Assembly: GCA_963848295.1 (NCBI GenBank)
Contig: CAWKDB010000010.1
Location: forward strand, 928,001-992,000
Origin: an uncultured delta proteobacterium
GTDB lineage: Bacteria; Myxococcota_A; Polyangia; Haliangiales; Haliangiaceae
Reading direction: 5' to 3'
Length of the DNA: 64,000 nucleotides
Positions within the stretch are counted from its first letter, which is position 1. The number at the start of each line of letters is the position of its first letter. Below, piece by piece: positions 51,933 to 60,182 of this stretch. Under the pieces are notes generated by a model. It was not told the origin of the DNA. It saw only the letters and a program-made list of their open reading frames with translations, and searched no databases. A program made the position numbers and the translations under genes.

Positions 51933-51980
51933 GATAGTACGTAGCTATCATAGCAATCACATATCGACAATTGTCCTATC
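51932..51980. promoter_or_regulatory. OxyR-type operator
   Basis: TGATAG-TACGTAG-CTATCA (ATAG-N7-CTAT at 51934-51948) plus further ATAG/CTAT half-sites in an AT-rich spacer. Confidence 0.7.
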
Positions 51981-52019
51981 ACAAAAACGCCCCCATGGTG
52001 ACGTCGACAAGGAGATCAC

Positions 52020-52559
52020 ATGCTCACCATCGGAGATCAGTTCCCGTCATTCAGCGCCACCGCCGTCGTTAGCCGCGAGCGCGGCAAAGAGTTTGCCGAG
52101 CTCACCGAGGCCAGTCATCCCGGCAAGTGGAAGGTCGTGTTCTTCTGGCCAAAGGACTTCACGTTCGTGTGCCCGACCGAGATCGCCGCGTTCGGAAAGC
52201 TGAACCGCGACTTCGCCGATCGCGACGCGCAGGTCCTCGGCGTTTCGATCGACAGCGAGTTCGTCCACCTCGCATGGCGCAACAATCATCCGGATCTCGC
52301 GGAGCTGCCATTCCCGATGGTCGCGGACATCAAACGCGAGCTGTCGACCGCGCTCGGCGTGCTCGACAAGAGGGAAGGCGTGGCATCTCGTGCGACGTTC
52401 ATCGTCGACCCGCAGGGCGTGATCCGGTTCGTATCGGTCAACGATCTCAACGTCGGTCGCAACCCGGCCGAGGTCCTGCGCGTGCTTGACGCGCTGCAGA
52501 CCGACGAGCTGTGCCCGTGCAACTGGCAAAAGGGCCAAGACACGCTGAGCGCGGCGTAA
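52020..52559 (+). CDS. ahpC: Peroxiredoxin
   Basis: Motifs FWPKDFTFVCPTEI, RATFIVD, GRN and ELCPCNW; RBS AGGAG. Confidence 0.95.
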   Translation: MLTIGDQFPSFSATAVVSRERGKEFAELTEASHPGKWKVVFFWPKDFTFVCPTEIAAFGKLNRDFADRDAQVLGVSIDSEFVHLAWRNNHPDLAELPFPMVADIKRELSTALGVLDKREGVASRATFIVDPQGVIRFVSVNDLNVGRNPAEVLRVLDALQTDELCPCNWQKGQDTLSAA

Positions 52560-52568
52560 AGGCCCGCC

Positions 52569-53096
52569 ATGACGATCGAAGCGCTCAAACAACAATTGCC
52601 GGATCACGCCAAGGACCTGCGGATCAACCTCGGAGTCATCACGAGCTCGACCGCGCTGACACCGACGCAGGCCTGGACGATCGCGGTCGCGAGTGCGGTG
52701 ACGACCGGCAACCGCGACGTGATCGCCGCGGTCGAGGCCGACGCCGCGCCGCACCTCGACGCCACGGCATTGTCGGCCGCCCGTGGCGCCGCGGCGATCA
52801 TGGGCATGAACAACGTCTACTACCGGTTCGTCCATTTCATGGGCGACGTCGCCGAGTACGGCCAGATGCCGGCGCGCCTGCGCATGCAGATCATCGGCAA
52901 CCCAGGCGTGGCGAAGATCGAGTTCGAGCTCGCCTGCCTCGCCGCATCCGCGATCACCGGCTGCGAGCAATGCGTCCGGTCGCACGAGAAGTCGTTGCGC
53001 GACCTCGGCGGCACGCAGGACATGGTGCAGGATGCGGTGCGAATCGCCGCCGTTCTCAACGGCGCAGCGGTCGCTCTCAGCTCGCCGGCGCTCTGA
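52569..53096 (+). CDS. ahpD: Alkyl hydroperoxide reductase D
   Basis: Motifs LPDHAKDLRINL, MGMNNVYYRF and GCEQCVRSHE. Confidence 0.95.
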   Translation: MTIEALKQQLPDHAKDLRINLGVITSSTALTPTQAWTIAVASAVTTGNRDVIAAVEADAAPHLDATALSAARGAAAIMGMNNVYYRFVHFMGDVAEYGQMPARLRMQIIGNPGVAKIEFELACLAASAITGCEQCVRSHEKSLRDLGGTQDMVQDAVRIAAVLNGAAVALSSPAL

Positions 53097-54003
53097 CCGT
53101 GCGGACGACCCACGCGATGAGCACGAGGCCGATCGCGACGGTCACGCCGAACATCCAGCCGCCGCTCGCTTCGTGACCGGCTTCGATCATCGCGAGCCGC
53201 GGCGCTTCACGCACGACGACCGCGGCGAATAGCGCGGCACCGCCGCCGGCGGTCGCGACGACGAGCGCCCGCTGACTCGGCTCGCGCGCGATCACCAGCC
53301 ACGCGCCGGTGTCGATGATCGCCGCAGCGGCGAGCACGCCGAACCACACCCGGCCATCGCCTGTCACCACGAAGCCGACGCGCCACAACCACAGCGCGCC
53401 GGCGATCGCGACGATCCGACCTGCCACCGCGAGCTTGGCGAGCACGCGCTGGTCCAAACCGTCCGAGGACCACGCGGCGATCGCGGCGAACTGCGTGGCC
53501 ATCGCGCCGACGATCACGACGAGCCGCGGCGCGATCGCGCCACCGGTGAAGACGCGCTCGCCCGCCGCGTAGAACGCGGTCCACGTCGCGTCCGCCGCCA
53601 TGAGCTCGTGGAGCTCGCTCCACGACCACGCGACGAACCCGAAGCACGCGAGCGCGGCACCCAGCGCGATCGTGCGCCAACGCAGCGACGCTTTCGCGAG
53701 ATACAACGCGTAGAACCCGACGACGAGTGCGGGTACGACCGCGAGCCAGCGCGGCCCCAGCAGTAGGTTCGCGGTGTAGAACCGCCGCTGGTAGAGCACC
53801 TGCGTGAACAACAGCGGCGCCACGCCGGCGGTGATCGCGCACCCGAGCATGAACGGCAGCCAGCTGCGTACGCGCCCCGCGAGCGGCGTCGCGCCCCGAA
53901 CGAGCGCGAACCCGGTGCCGACGACGACGTAGCTCGCGAATGCCGCGTGGATCGCCAGCGTGACGACGAACAGCGCGACCACGCCGTCGTCGAACGGCCA
54001 CAC
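53077..54003 (-). CDS. Multi-pass membrane protein, likely second subunit of the CydA-like complex
   Basis: His in TM1 (LAIHAAF), AITAGVAPLLFTQVLY..FYTAN, and VVRE near the C-terminus; about 9 TM helices. Confidence 0.65.
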   Translation of the reverse strand: MWPFDDGVVALFVVTLAIHAAFASYVVVGTGFALVRGATPLAGRVRSWLPFMLGCAITAGVAPLLFTQVLYQRRFYTANLLLGPRWLAVVPALVVGFYALYLAKASLRWRTIALGAALACFGFVAWSWSELHELMAADATWTAFYAAGERVFTGGAIAPRLVVIVGAMATQFAAIAAWSSDGLDQRVLAKLAVAGRIVAIAGALWLWRVGFVVTGDGRVWFGVLAAAAIIDTGAWLVIAREPSQRALVVATAGGGAALFAAVVVREAPRLAMIEAGHEASGGWMFGVTVAIGLVLIAWVVRTVRAPAS

Positions 54004-54006
54004 GCG

Positions 54007-54513
54007 CTAGTGGCCCTTTTTGATCGGCCAGACCAGGTCGCCGACCGCGAGCGTCGCCCCCTCGAACTCGGCCGCCGCCTTCATCGCGTCGCCCGCCGAC
54101 ATGCCGCCGGCGATCATCTCGTTGATCTTTGCCTTCGACTCCGGGGTCATCCGGCGCGGTGGCGGGTGGGTCGTCACGTGCTCGATGACCTCGGCCGACA
54201 GCCAGCGACAGAACGCGTCGAGCGCCGCCTTGTCGCGACCGTCGACGACCCAATCATAGTGCGGCAACGCGCGCAACTCGCTCGGCTTGCCTGCGCCCTT
54301 CTGGTCGTGAATGAACAGCACGCTCGCGCGATCGGTCGAATCGGCGAACGACCACCAGATCTGAATGCCGCCGTCGCGCTCGCCCCCGTGCGGCTTGCCG
54401 AGGATCTCGCTCAGCGCGTTGTACGGTGAGCGCAGCTTCGCTTCCATCTTGAACACCGCGTCGGCGGCCTTGTCGGGTGCAGCGCGATAGCGGGATAGCG
54501 GTTTTTTCATCAT
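54007..54513 (-). CDS. Hypothetical soluble protein
   Basis: MMKKPLSRY... The ATG overlaps the upstream stop (ATGA) and the stop lies 3 nt before the next GTG. Confidence 0.72.
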   Translation of the reverse strand: MMKKPLSRYRAAPDKAADAVFKMEAKLRSPYNALSEILGKPHGGERDGGIQIWWSFADSTDRASVLFIHDQKGAGKPSELRALPHYDWVVDGRDKAALDAFCRWLSAEVIEHVTTHPPPRRMTPESKAKINEMIAGGMSAGDAMKAAAEFEGATLAVGDLVWPIKKGH

Positions 54514-55907
54514 GGGTCTCCGGTTCCGGCCTCGTCGAGCCAGCGCGCGATTCGCCCCAGCATCGCCGGATCTTCGCTCGACTGCCAGTGATCGGGCCGC
54601 CCAGCGGCCTCCCAACGCAAAAGTTGTACGAGCGCCTCGACGTCTGCCGCATTGCCCGCGAACGGCGGCATGAACGGCTTGGTGTGCTGCAGCTTCGCGA
54701 TGTTGAGCCGGATCTGATCGTCGGCCCACGGCCGGGCGAGCTCGACGAGGGCGTTGGCCCCGTTCAGCGTGTGGCAGGCGTCGCACAGTGCGCGCTCGAC
54801 CTTCGCGCCGCGGACGAGCTGTTCGGTCGGATAGTTCGCGGCGTCGCGCAACGGATACGGGTCGTCCGCGACGGCTCCGTGCTCCCGTAACCCGGCGACC
54901 TCGGAAGGCCGGATCGAATCGGAGTAGAGCGCGCCACGCACGGTGTACGGCTTGCGCGCACCCTCGCGCACGAACTCGCCGGCGCCGGTCGCGGCGAACG
55001 CGAGCGCGACGAGCAGCGTCGCCGTGGCGCCGCTGATATAGAGCCGCTTGACGACCAGGCCGACGATCGCGTAGGCCCCGATCAACAACGAAGCGCCGGC
55101 CGCGATCACGACGAACATCGACATCGCCGCGCTGCCTCCGAGCAGCCACGACCGGCTGTCGGCCGGGATCACGACGAAATACCACAACGCGAGCACCGGC
55201 ATCGCGGCCATCGGGACCATGAACCGCGCCGCTTGCCCGATCAGCACCGCGCGGCGCTCTCGCGACAGATCGAGCGTGTTGATCACGACGCAAGCCGCGA
55301 GCGATCCGAGCGCCATCGCGACCGCGGTGCGATACAGCAGCGACGGCCAGAAGCTGGCGTTGAAGAATCCGATCCATACCCCGCCGTCGGCGTGCGGCGT
55401 CCCCGGCGTCAGCTGCCAGCTCAAGATGCCGTTGATCCAGAACAGGCTCATCCACGCCGCTACGGCGTAGAGCGCGAGCAAGCGGATCCGCGCGCGATCA
55501 CCGAGCCGTTTGCCGACCCGCACGAACGCATAGCCGGCGACGACCTCGACCGAGAACCACACCCACTCGGTCGCCCACAACCAGTGGAACCGATCGATCA
55601 TCAGGCCGATCGTGCGCGCGCCCACCGCGATCGACACGAACCAGATCGCGACGCCGGTCAGCGCTCCGAGCACGAAGCTGAGGAGCACGAGCACCGAGAA
55701 GAACCCGTCGACGAACGCGCGCGCATCGGGCGAGCGACCGCGCTGGGCGAGCCGCTCGAAGTAGCACAGCAACAACCCGCCGCCGATCGCGAACTGCGCG
55801 AGGAACACGTGGACGATACCGACGCCGCCGATCACCATCCCCTTCATCGCCGGTCCGAAGTCGTTGACCGGATAGAACGGGATGACCGAGTCGAGCGGGC
55901 CTGCCAC
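54510..55907 (-). CDS. Cytochrome bd subunit I-like membrane protein with C-terminal c-type haem domain
   Basis: GIVHVFLAQFAIGGG (TM1 His), GALTGVAIW, WATEW..F..E, EFVREGARKPY, then CDACH...FMPPF. Confidence 0.78.
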   Translation of the reverse strand: MAGPLDSVIPFYPVNDFGPAMKGMVIGGVGIVHVFLAQFAIGGGLLLCYFERLAQRGRSPDARAFVDGFFSVLVLLSFVLGALTGVAIWFVSIAVGARTIGLMIDRFHWLWATEWVWFSVEVVAGYAFVRVGKRLGDRARIRLLALYAVAAWMSLFWINGILSWQLTPGTPHADGGVWIGFFNASFWPSLLYRTAVAMALGSLAACVVINTLDLSRERRAVLIGQAARFMVPMAAMPVLALWYFVVIPADSRSWLLGGSAAMSMFVVIAAGASLLIGAYAIVGLVVKRLYISGATATLLVALAFAATGAGEFVREGARKPYTVRGALYSDSIRPSEVAGLREHGAVADDPYPLRDAANYPTEQLVRGAKVERALCDACHTLNGANALVELARPWADDQIRLNIAKLQHTKPFMPPFAGNAADVEALVQLLRWEAAGRPDHWQSSEDPAMLGRIARWLDEAGTGDP

Positions 55908-55919
55908 GCGCGTTCGATG

Positions 55920-57647
55920 CTACTTCGTCGCCGGCGGAGGCGTAACCGACGCGCGCGCTTTGTCGCAGATCACGGCGAGGCGTGCGGCATCGCTCGCCGG
56001 CCCGAGCGCCGCAGCCTCGCGAAACGCCACCGCCGCGCTCGCGTACGCGGCGGCCCCGCCCTTCGGTGCGAGGTACTCCTTGTAGAGCACGCCGAGGTCG
56101 TACGCGGCTTCGCTGCGCTGTGGATCGCGTCGCCGCGCCGCTTCGTACGCCGCGCGCGCTGCATCGAGCTGGCCGGCTTGGCGCGCGACGATGCCGCGCG
56201 CCACATCGAGCTCGTAGTCGTCGACCGCAGGCGCGATCGCCGCGAGCGTCGCCGCCGCCCGCGCGTCGTCCATGCCGTGGAGCTCGGCGAGCGCGAGATC
56301 GACTCGCGCGGCGGTCACCGTCGGTCGTGCGTTCACCGCGGCGTCGAATCGTCTGCGTGCGGCCGGCCACGAGCCGCGCCGTGCGGCGATCACCCCGGCG
56401 AGGACCTCGGTCGCCGCCGAGCGATCGCCGAGCGCCTCGAGCGTGTGGACCTCGAAGCTCGCCCGCGGCAACGCGCCGGCGGCGAGCGCTTGCAGTGCCG
56501 CGGCTTGGTGTTGAGCGGCCGCTGCGGTCGCGGTCGTGATCGGTTGGATCGGCGGTGCGAGCTCGTCGGGCGTCGGCACGAGCTCCCGGGTCCCGGCGAA
56601 CGCCGGGTCGAGTCGCGCCCGGCCCACGACACAGCGCTCGGTCCATTCGTCATCCCAACCGAGCTCGACGGCATGCTCGACGCACGCGCGGTACGCGTCG
56701 CGCGCCTTCTCGACGAGCCCGTCGCTCTGGGCGTCGATCGCGGCGCAATACGCATCCAAGAGGTCCCGGCCCTGCGACCGCAGCGTGGCGGGCAACGGCA
56801 CCGCGTTCAGCTCCGCGGCGAACTGCTCCCACACCTGCCCGGTGCGATACATCGGCGCGAGCACCGCGGCGTGGTCGATCGAATACGCCGCCGTGTACGC
56901 CTCGCTCAGGCTCGTGAAGCGCTTGATCCGGTCCTGCATCCAACGCCCGAGCGCCGCGGTGTCCTGCGCGTTCGGCGCTGGCACGGCGAGCGCAGCCTCG
57001 AGCTCGCGGTCCGCCGCGATCGTGCGAGCTCGAGCCGCCGCGTCTCGCACGAGGTCGTCGCTCACTTTCCCTTTCGCGGCGAGCGCGATCGCCGCCTCCG
57101 CCTGGTCGCGCGCCTCTGCGGCGAGCCTGGCATTGCGCTTGGCCGCGACGAGATGGAGCGCACTCGACGGGCAGGTCGTCGCCGGCGGCGGCGGCGCGGC
57201 AGGTCCGACGCACAGCCCGTCGACGAGCGGCACCGCGCACGACTGCTCGACGAGTGCGAGCGCGAGCCGGACGTGCGCTTGCGCGACGCGCCCGGGATCC
57301 GTCGCCGTGAAGCTCGCGAGGTAGCGGCGCAGGTGCGCGACGAGCGCAGCGACGCCGCGCCGTTCGTAAGCCGGCGTTGCCTCCCACAGGGCCGGCGCGG
57401 TCTCGGGTGCGCGCGGGAACCACGCCAGCGCGTGCTCGACGTCGGCGATCTGTTTGGCATCGTCGCCGAGCGCGGCGCGCAACACGATCGCTTGGCCGAG
57501 CGCGGCCGGGGCGTCGCGATTCGACCGGTCGTGCTCCGCGGTCCGCTCGAGCCGTGTCGCCTGGTCGGCGAGGAGGTCGGCGTCGGGATCGGCACTCGCC
57601 GCAGCAGCCATGGCCACCAGCGCGAACGCGACGCGAGCTATCCGCAC
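55920..57647 (-). CDS. Exported TPR-repeat protein (partial resemblance to GltD/GltE-type motility TPR proteins)
   Basis: Signal peptide ending AAAASA; TPR-like helices ARAAYEAARRRDP..EAAYDLGVLY; paired Cys residues. Confidence 0.7.
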   Translation of the reverse strand: MRIARVAFALVAMAAAASADPDADLLADQATRLERTAEHDRSNRDAPAALGQAIVLRAALGDDAKQIADVEHALAWFPRAPETAPALWEATPAYERRGVAALVAHLRRYLASFTATDPGRVAQAHVRLALALVEQSCAVPLVDGLCVGPAAPPPPATTCPSSALHLVAAKRNARLAAEARDQAEAAIALAAKGKVSDDLVRDAAARARTIAADRELEAALAVPAPNAQDTAALGRWMQDRIKRFTSLSEAYTAAYSIDHAAVLAPMYRTGQVWEQFAAELNAVPLPATLRSQGRDLLDAYCAAIDAQSDGLVEKARDAYRACVEHAVELGWDDEWTERCVVGRARLDPAFAGTRELVPTPDELAPPIQPITTATAAAAQHQAAALQALAAGALPRASFEVHTLEALGDRSAATEVLAGVIAARRGSWPAARRRFDAAVNARPTVTAARVDLALAELHGMDDARAAATLAAIAPAVDDYELDVARGIVARQAGQLDAARAAYEAARRRDPQRSEAAYDLGVLYKEYLAPKGGAAAYASAAVAFREAAALGPASDAARLAVICDKARASVTPPPATK

Positions 57648-57685
57648 CCACGTTCGACAACGCGGCGCGCGAGCGGTTGCGCAGA

Positions 57686-59212
57686 TCACAGCCCGTTGCA
57701 GCCGATCGCGCGGGTCGAGGTGCCGGTCATGCCAGAGAAGCCAGCCGAGATGCCTCCGGATCCGCCGAGCCCGGCGACGAGCGTCGACGCTGGGATCGTC
57801 ACGGTCGACGTTCCGAGGCAGACCACAGCCGCCGACGGTCCGCCCCCGCCCCCGCCGCCATGCCCACCCGTGCCGCCGTCGCCGCCGCGGCCACCCACCG
57901 CGCCGCAGCCGCCGTCGTCTTGATCGTCTCCACCGCCGTACGGCCCGCCGCCGCCGCCATTGCCGCCGAGCCCGCCCGCGCCGCCGGTGCCACCGCGACC
58001 GCCGCTGCCGCCTGCGTTCGCCACGACCATCGCCGACTCGAGCTCGTAGGTCGAATCGACCGCGACGACACCGAACAATCCGCCGCCGCCGGTGCCGCCC
58101 GTTCCGCCGGTGCCCGCGCAACCTCCCGCGCCACCGCCGCCGCCCGACGAGCCGGACGAGTCGCAGTTGTTCGTGCCGCCGCCACCGCCGCCGCCGCCGC
58201 CACCGCCGCTCCCCGCGCCGCCGGCGGTGCCCGCACCGCCATTAGCGGGGACATAGCTGCTGCCGGCGAACACGCCTTGCGCGGCGCCCGCCATGCCGAG
58301 CGTGCCGAGCGCGCCGGGAGCGCCCGGGTTGCCTGATCTGCCGTCGCCGATCACGGAGCCGACGTTCGTGCAGTTGCCGGCGCCGTGACCGCCGCCTTGA
58401 CCGCCGGTCCCGCCCCCTCCGCCGTTCGCGCCCCCGCCACCGGTCGCGCCCGCGCCATCACCGACGCCCGGGTTGCCGCCGGCGCCACCGCTTCCGCCGC
58501 ATGCCGCGAACCCGCCGGCGCCGCCGTTCGGCACCGTGTTGTCGTCGCAGAACAAGCTGCTCGAATGCTCGACGCCCGGTCCACCGGGCAACCCACTGTT
58601 GCCGCCGAGCCCGAGCGTGCCCGCGGTGCCGTCGATCCCGTTGCCGCCGACGCCGGGCATGATCGTCACGCCGTCGAGCACGACCGTCGTCGACTCGGTC
58701 AGCAACACCGCGATCGAGCTCGCGCCAATCGCGGTCGCGTCGGCGCTCTTGACCGTGACGCCGTCGAGCGCGGTCGCGACGTTGATCGTATCGAACGTCA
58801 CGGTCGGCGAACCACCGTCGAGCTCGGTGACTTGATTCGCCGGGTCGCGGTTCCACCGCGGATCGAACCCGCCGTAGACGCTGACGCCGCCCTGCATCGT
58901 GATCGATTCGGCGTACTGGCCGTACTGGACGAGCACGGGGAGCGGAGGGCTCGACAACCCAGCCTTCGCGATGCCCGCGCCGATCGTGTGCAGCGGTGCG
59001 TCCTTCGTGCCGGCCGACGCGTCGTCGCCGGTGACCGCGACGTAGATGCCGTCGCACGGCGCACCGCCGCAACCGGCGTCGGGCAAGACGCCGCTGCCGG
59101 CATCGATGTCGCTGCCGCTGCCGCTGCCGTCGGGCGCACCGGGCGCGCCTTTCGCGCAGCTCGCGATCGCGAGCGCACACAGCACGAACGCGCCGAACCG
59201 CGAGCCACCCAT
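57686..59212 (-). CDS. Gly-rich (PGRS-like) lipoprotein with DUF1565-like N-terminal motif
   Basis: Lipobox IASC; IYVA..GDD...GTKDAPLHTI; GGVSVYGGFD; long GGxGGxGG tracts. Confidence 0.8.
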   Translation of the reverse strand: MGGSRFGAFVLCALAIASCAKGAPGAPDGSGSGSDIDAGSGVLPDAGCGGAPCDGIYVAVTGDDASAGTKDAPLHTIGAGIAKAGLSSPPLPVLVQYGQYAESITMQGGVSVYGGFDPRWNRDPANQVTELDGGSPTVTFDTINVATALDGVTVKSADATAIGASSIAVLLTESTTVVLDGVTIMPGVGGNGIDGTAGTLGLGGNSGLPGGPGVEHSSSLFCDDNTVPNGGAGGFAACGGSGGAGGNPGVGDGAGATGGGGANGGGGGTGGQGGGHGAGNCTNVGSVIGDGRSGNPGAPGALGTLGMAGAAQGVFAGSSYVPANGGAGTAGGAGSGGGGGGGGGGGTNNCDSSGSSGGGGGAGGCAGTGGTGGTGGGGLFGVVAVDSTYELESAMVVANAGGSGGRGGTGGAGGLGGNGGGGGPYGGGDDQDDGGCGAVGGRGGDGGTGGHGGGGGGGPSAAVVCLGTSTVTIPASTLVAGLGGSGGISAGFSGMTGTSTRAIGCNGL

Positions 59213-59279
59213 GATGCAAAGCATAGCTGCGCCGCTCGGCTTCGCGTCGATCGATCTTTCGTCACAATCGTAACAACGC

Positions 59280-60161
59280 TCACCGCCGCGATGCGTCGAC
59301 CGTCGGCGGCTCGCCGCGCAGGCCCTGCAGGTACATAGCCTGTGACCCATACGACAAGAAGCGACCCTCGTCGTCCCACACCTCGGCCTCGGCGATCGCC
59401 CAGCCAGCCCGAGCGCGCCGGGTCGTGACCGCGACGAGCAGCCACTCGCGCGTCGTGTCGTCGACCGCGTAGAGGGTCAGGTCGAGGCTCGGCGCGGTGA
59501 ACCGGTAGCCGCTAGGGCCGATCGCGCGATGCAATGCGGTCGGCATCGTGTCGATCAGCGGCGGCAAGGCGAGCCGATCGAAGCGGCCATCGCCGTCGCG
59601 CTGCGGCGTCGTGTAGCGAAACCAGCGCGCGTAGCGAGCGGGTCCCGCGTCGAAGCCGTCGACCCAGTACCGATCGCCATCGGCGATCCGGCACTCGAGC
59701 TGTTGGTAGAACCGGAAGCGCGTGTGCGGGTTACTCGCGGTCGCGTCGTCCGCGGAAGGCGAGTCGGCGAGCGAGCGCACCGATGGCGGCATCGCGCCGA
59801 TCACATCGGGGCCCTTGCGATCGCGCACGAACGTCGCGAACAGCTCGAGCCCGCTCGTCGCCTTGGCGCCGCGCAGCGACACTCGCGTCTGCACGGTCGC
59901 GCCGCCGCGATGAAGCACCTGGACATCGGCGACGAGCGCCCCGGTGCCGATCGGAACGGGAAAGATCGTCGTCGCAGACGCGAGTCGAAACACGCGGTCG
60001 CCGACCGCCGCTTCGGCCGCGCGCAGCGCACACGTCATCACGACGCCGCCCGACGGCATCAAGTAGTCCCAGTGATCGGGGAGCTCGAGGTGATAACGCC
60101 CCGCCACGCTCGCGTCGGGGCGGACCGCGGTGTCGGCGGCGAGATCAGCAGGCGACGACAT
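59280..60161 (-). CDS. Acyl-CoA thioesterase (TesB-like double hot-dog fold)
   Basis: W....SGG, LIDTMP, PSLDLT and EVWDDEGRFL...Q. Confidence 0.82.
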   Translation of the reverse strand: MSSPADLAADTAVRPDASVAGRYHLELPDHWDYLMPSGGVVMTCALRAAEAAVGDRVFRLASATTIFPVPIGTGALVADVQVLHRGGATVQTRVSLRGAKATSGLELFATFVRDRKGPDVIGAMPPSVRSLADSPSADDATASNPHTRFRFYQQLECRIADGDRYWVDGFDAGPARYARWFRYTTPQRDGDGRFDRLALPPLIDTMPTALHRAIGPSGYRFTAPSLDLTLYAVDDTTREWLLVAVTTRRARAGWAIAEAEVWDDEGRFLSYGSQAMYLQGLRGEPPTVDASRR

Positions 60162-60182
60162 GAGTCGCAGACTGTAACCCGA

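Noticed and set aside
51012..53096. oxyR-ahpC-ahpD as a novel system
   Set aside because: This is a well-known arrangement, so it is reported only as features.
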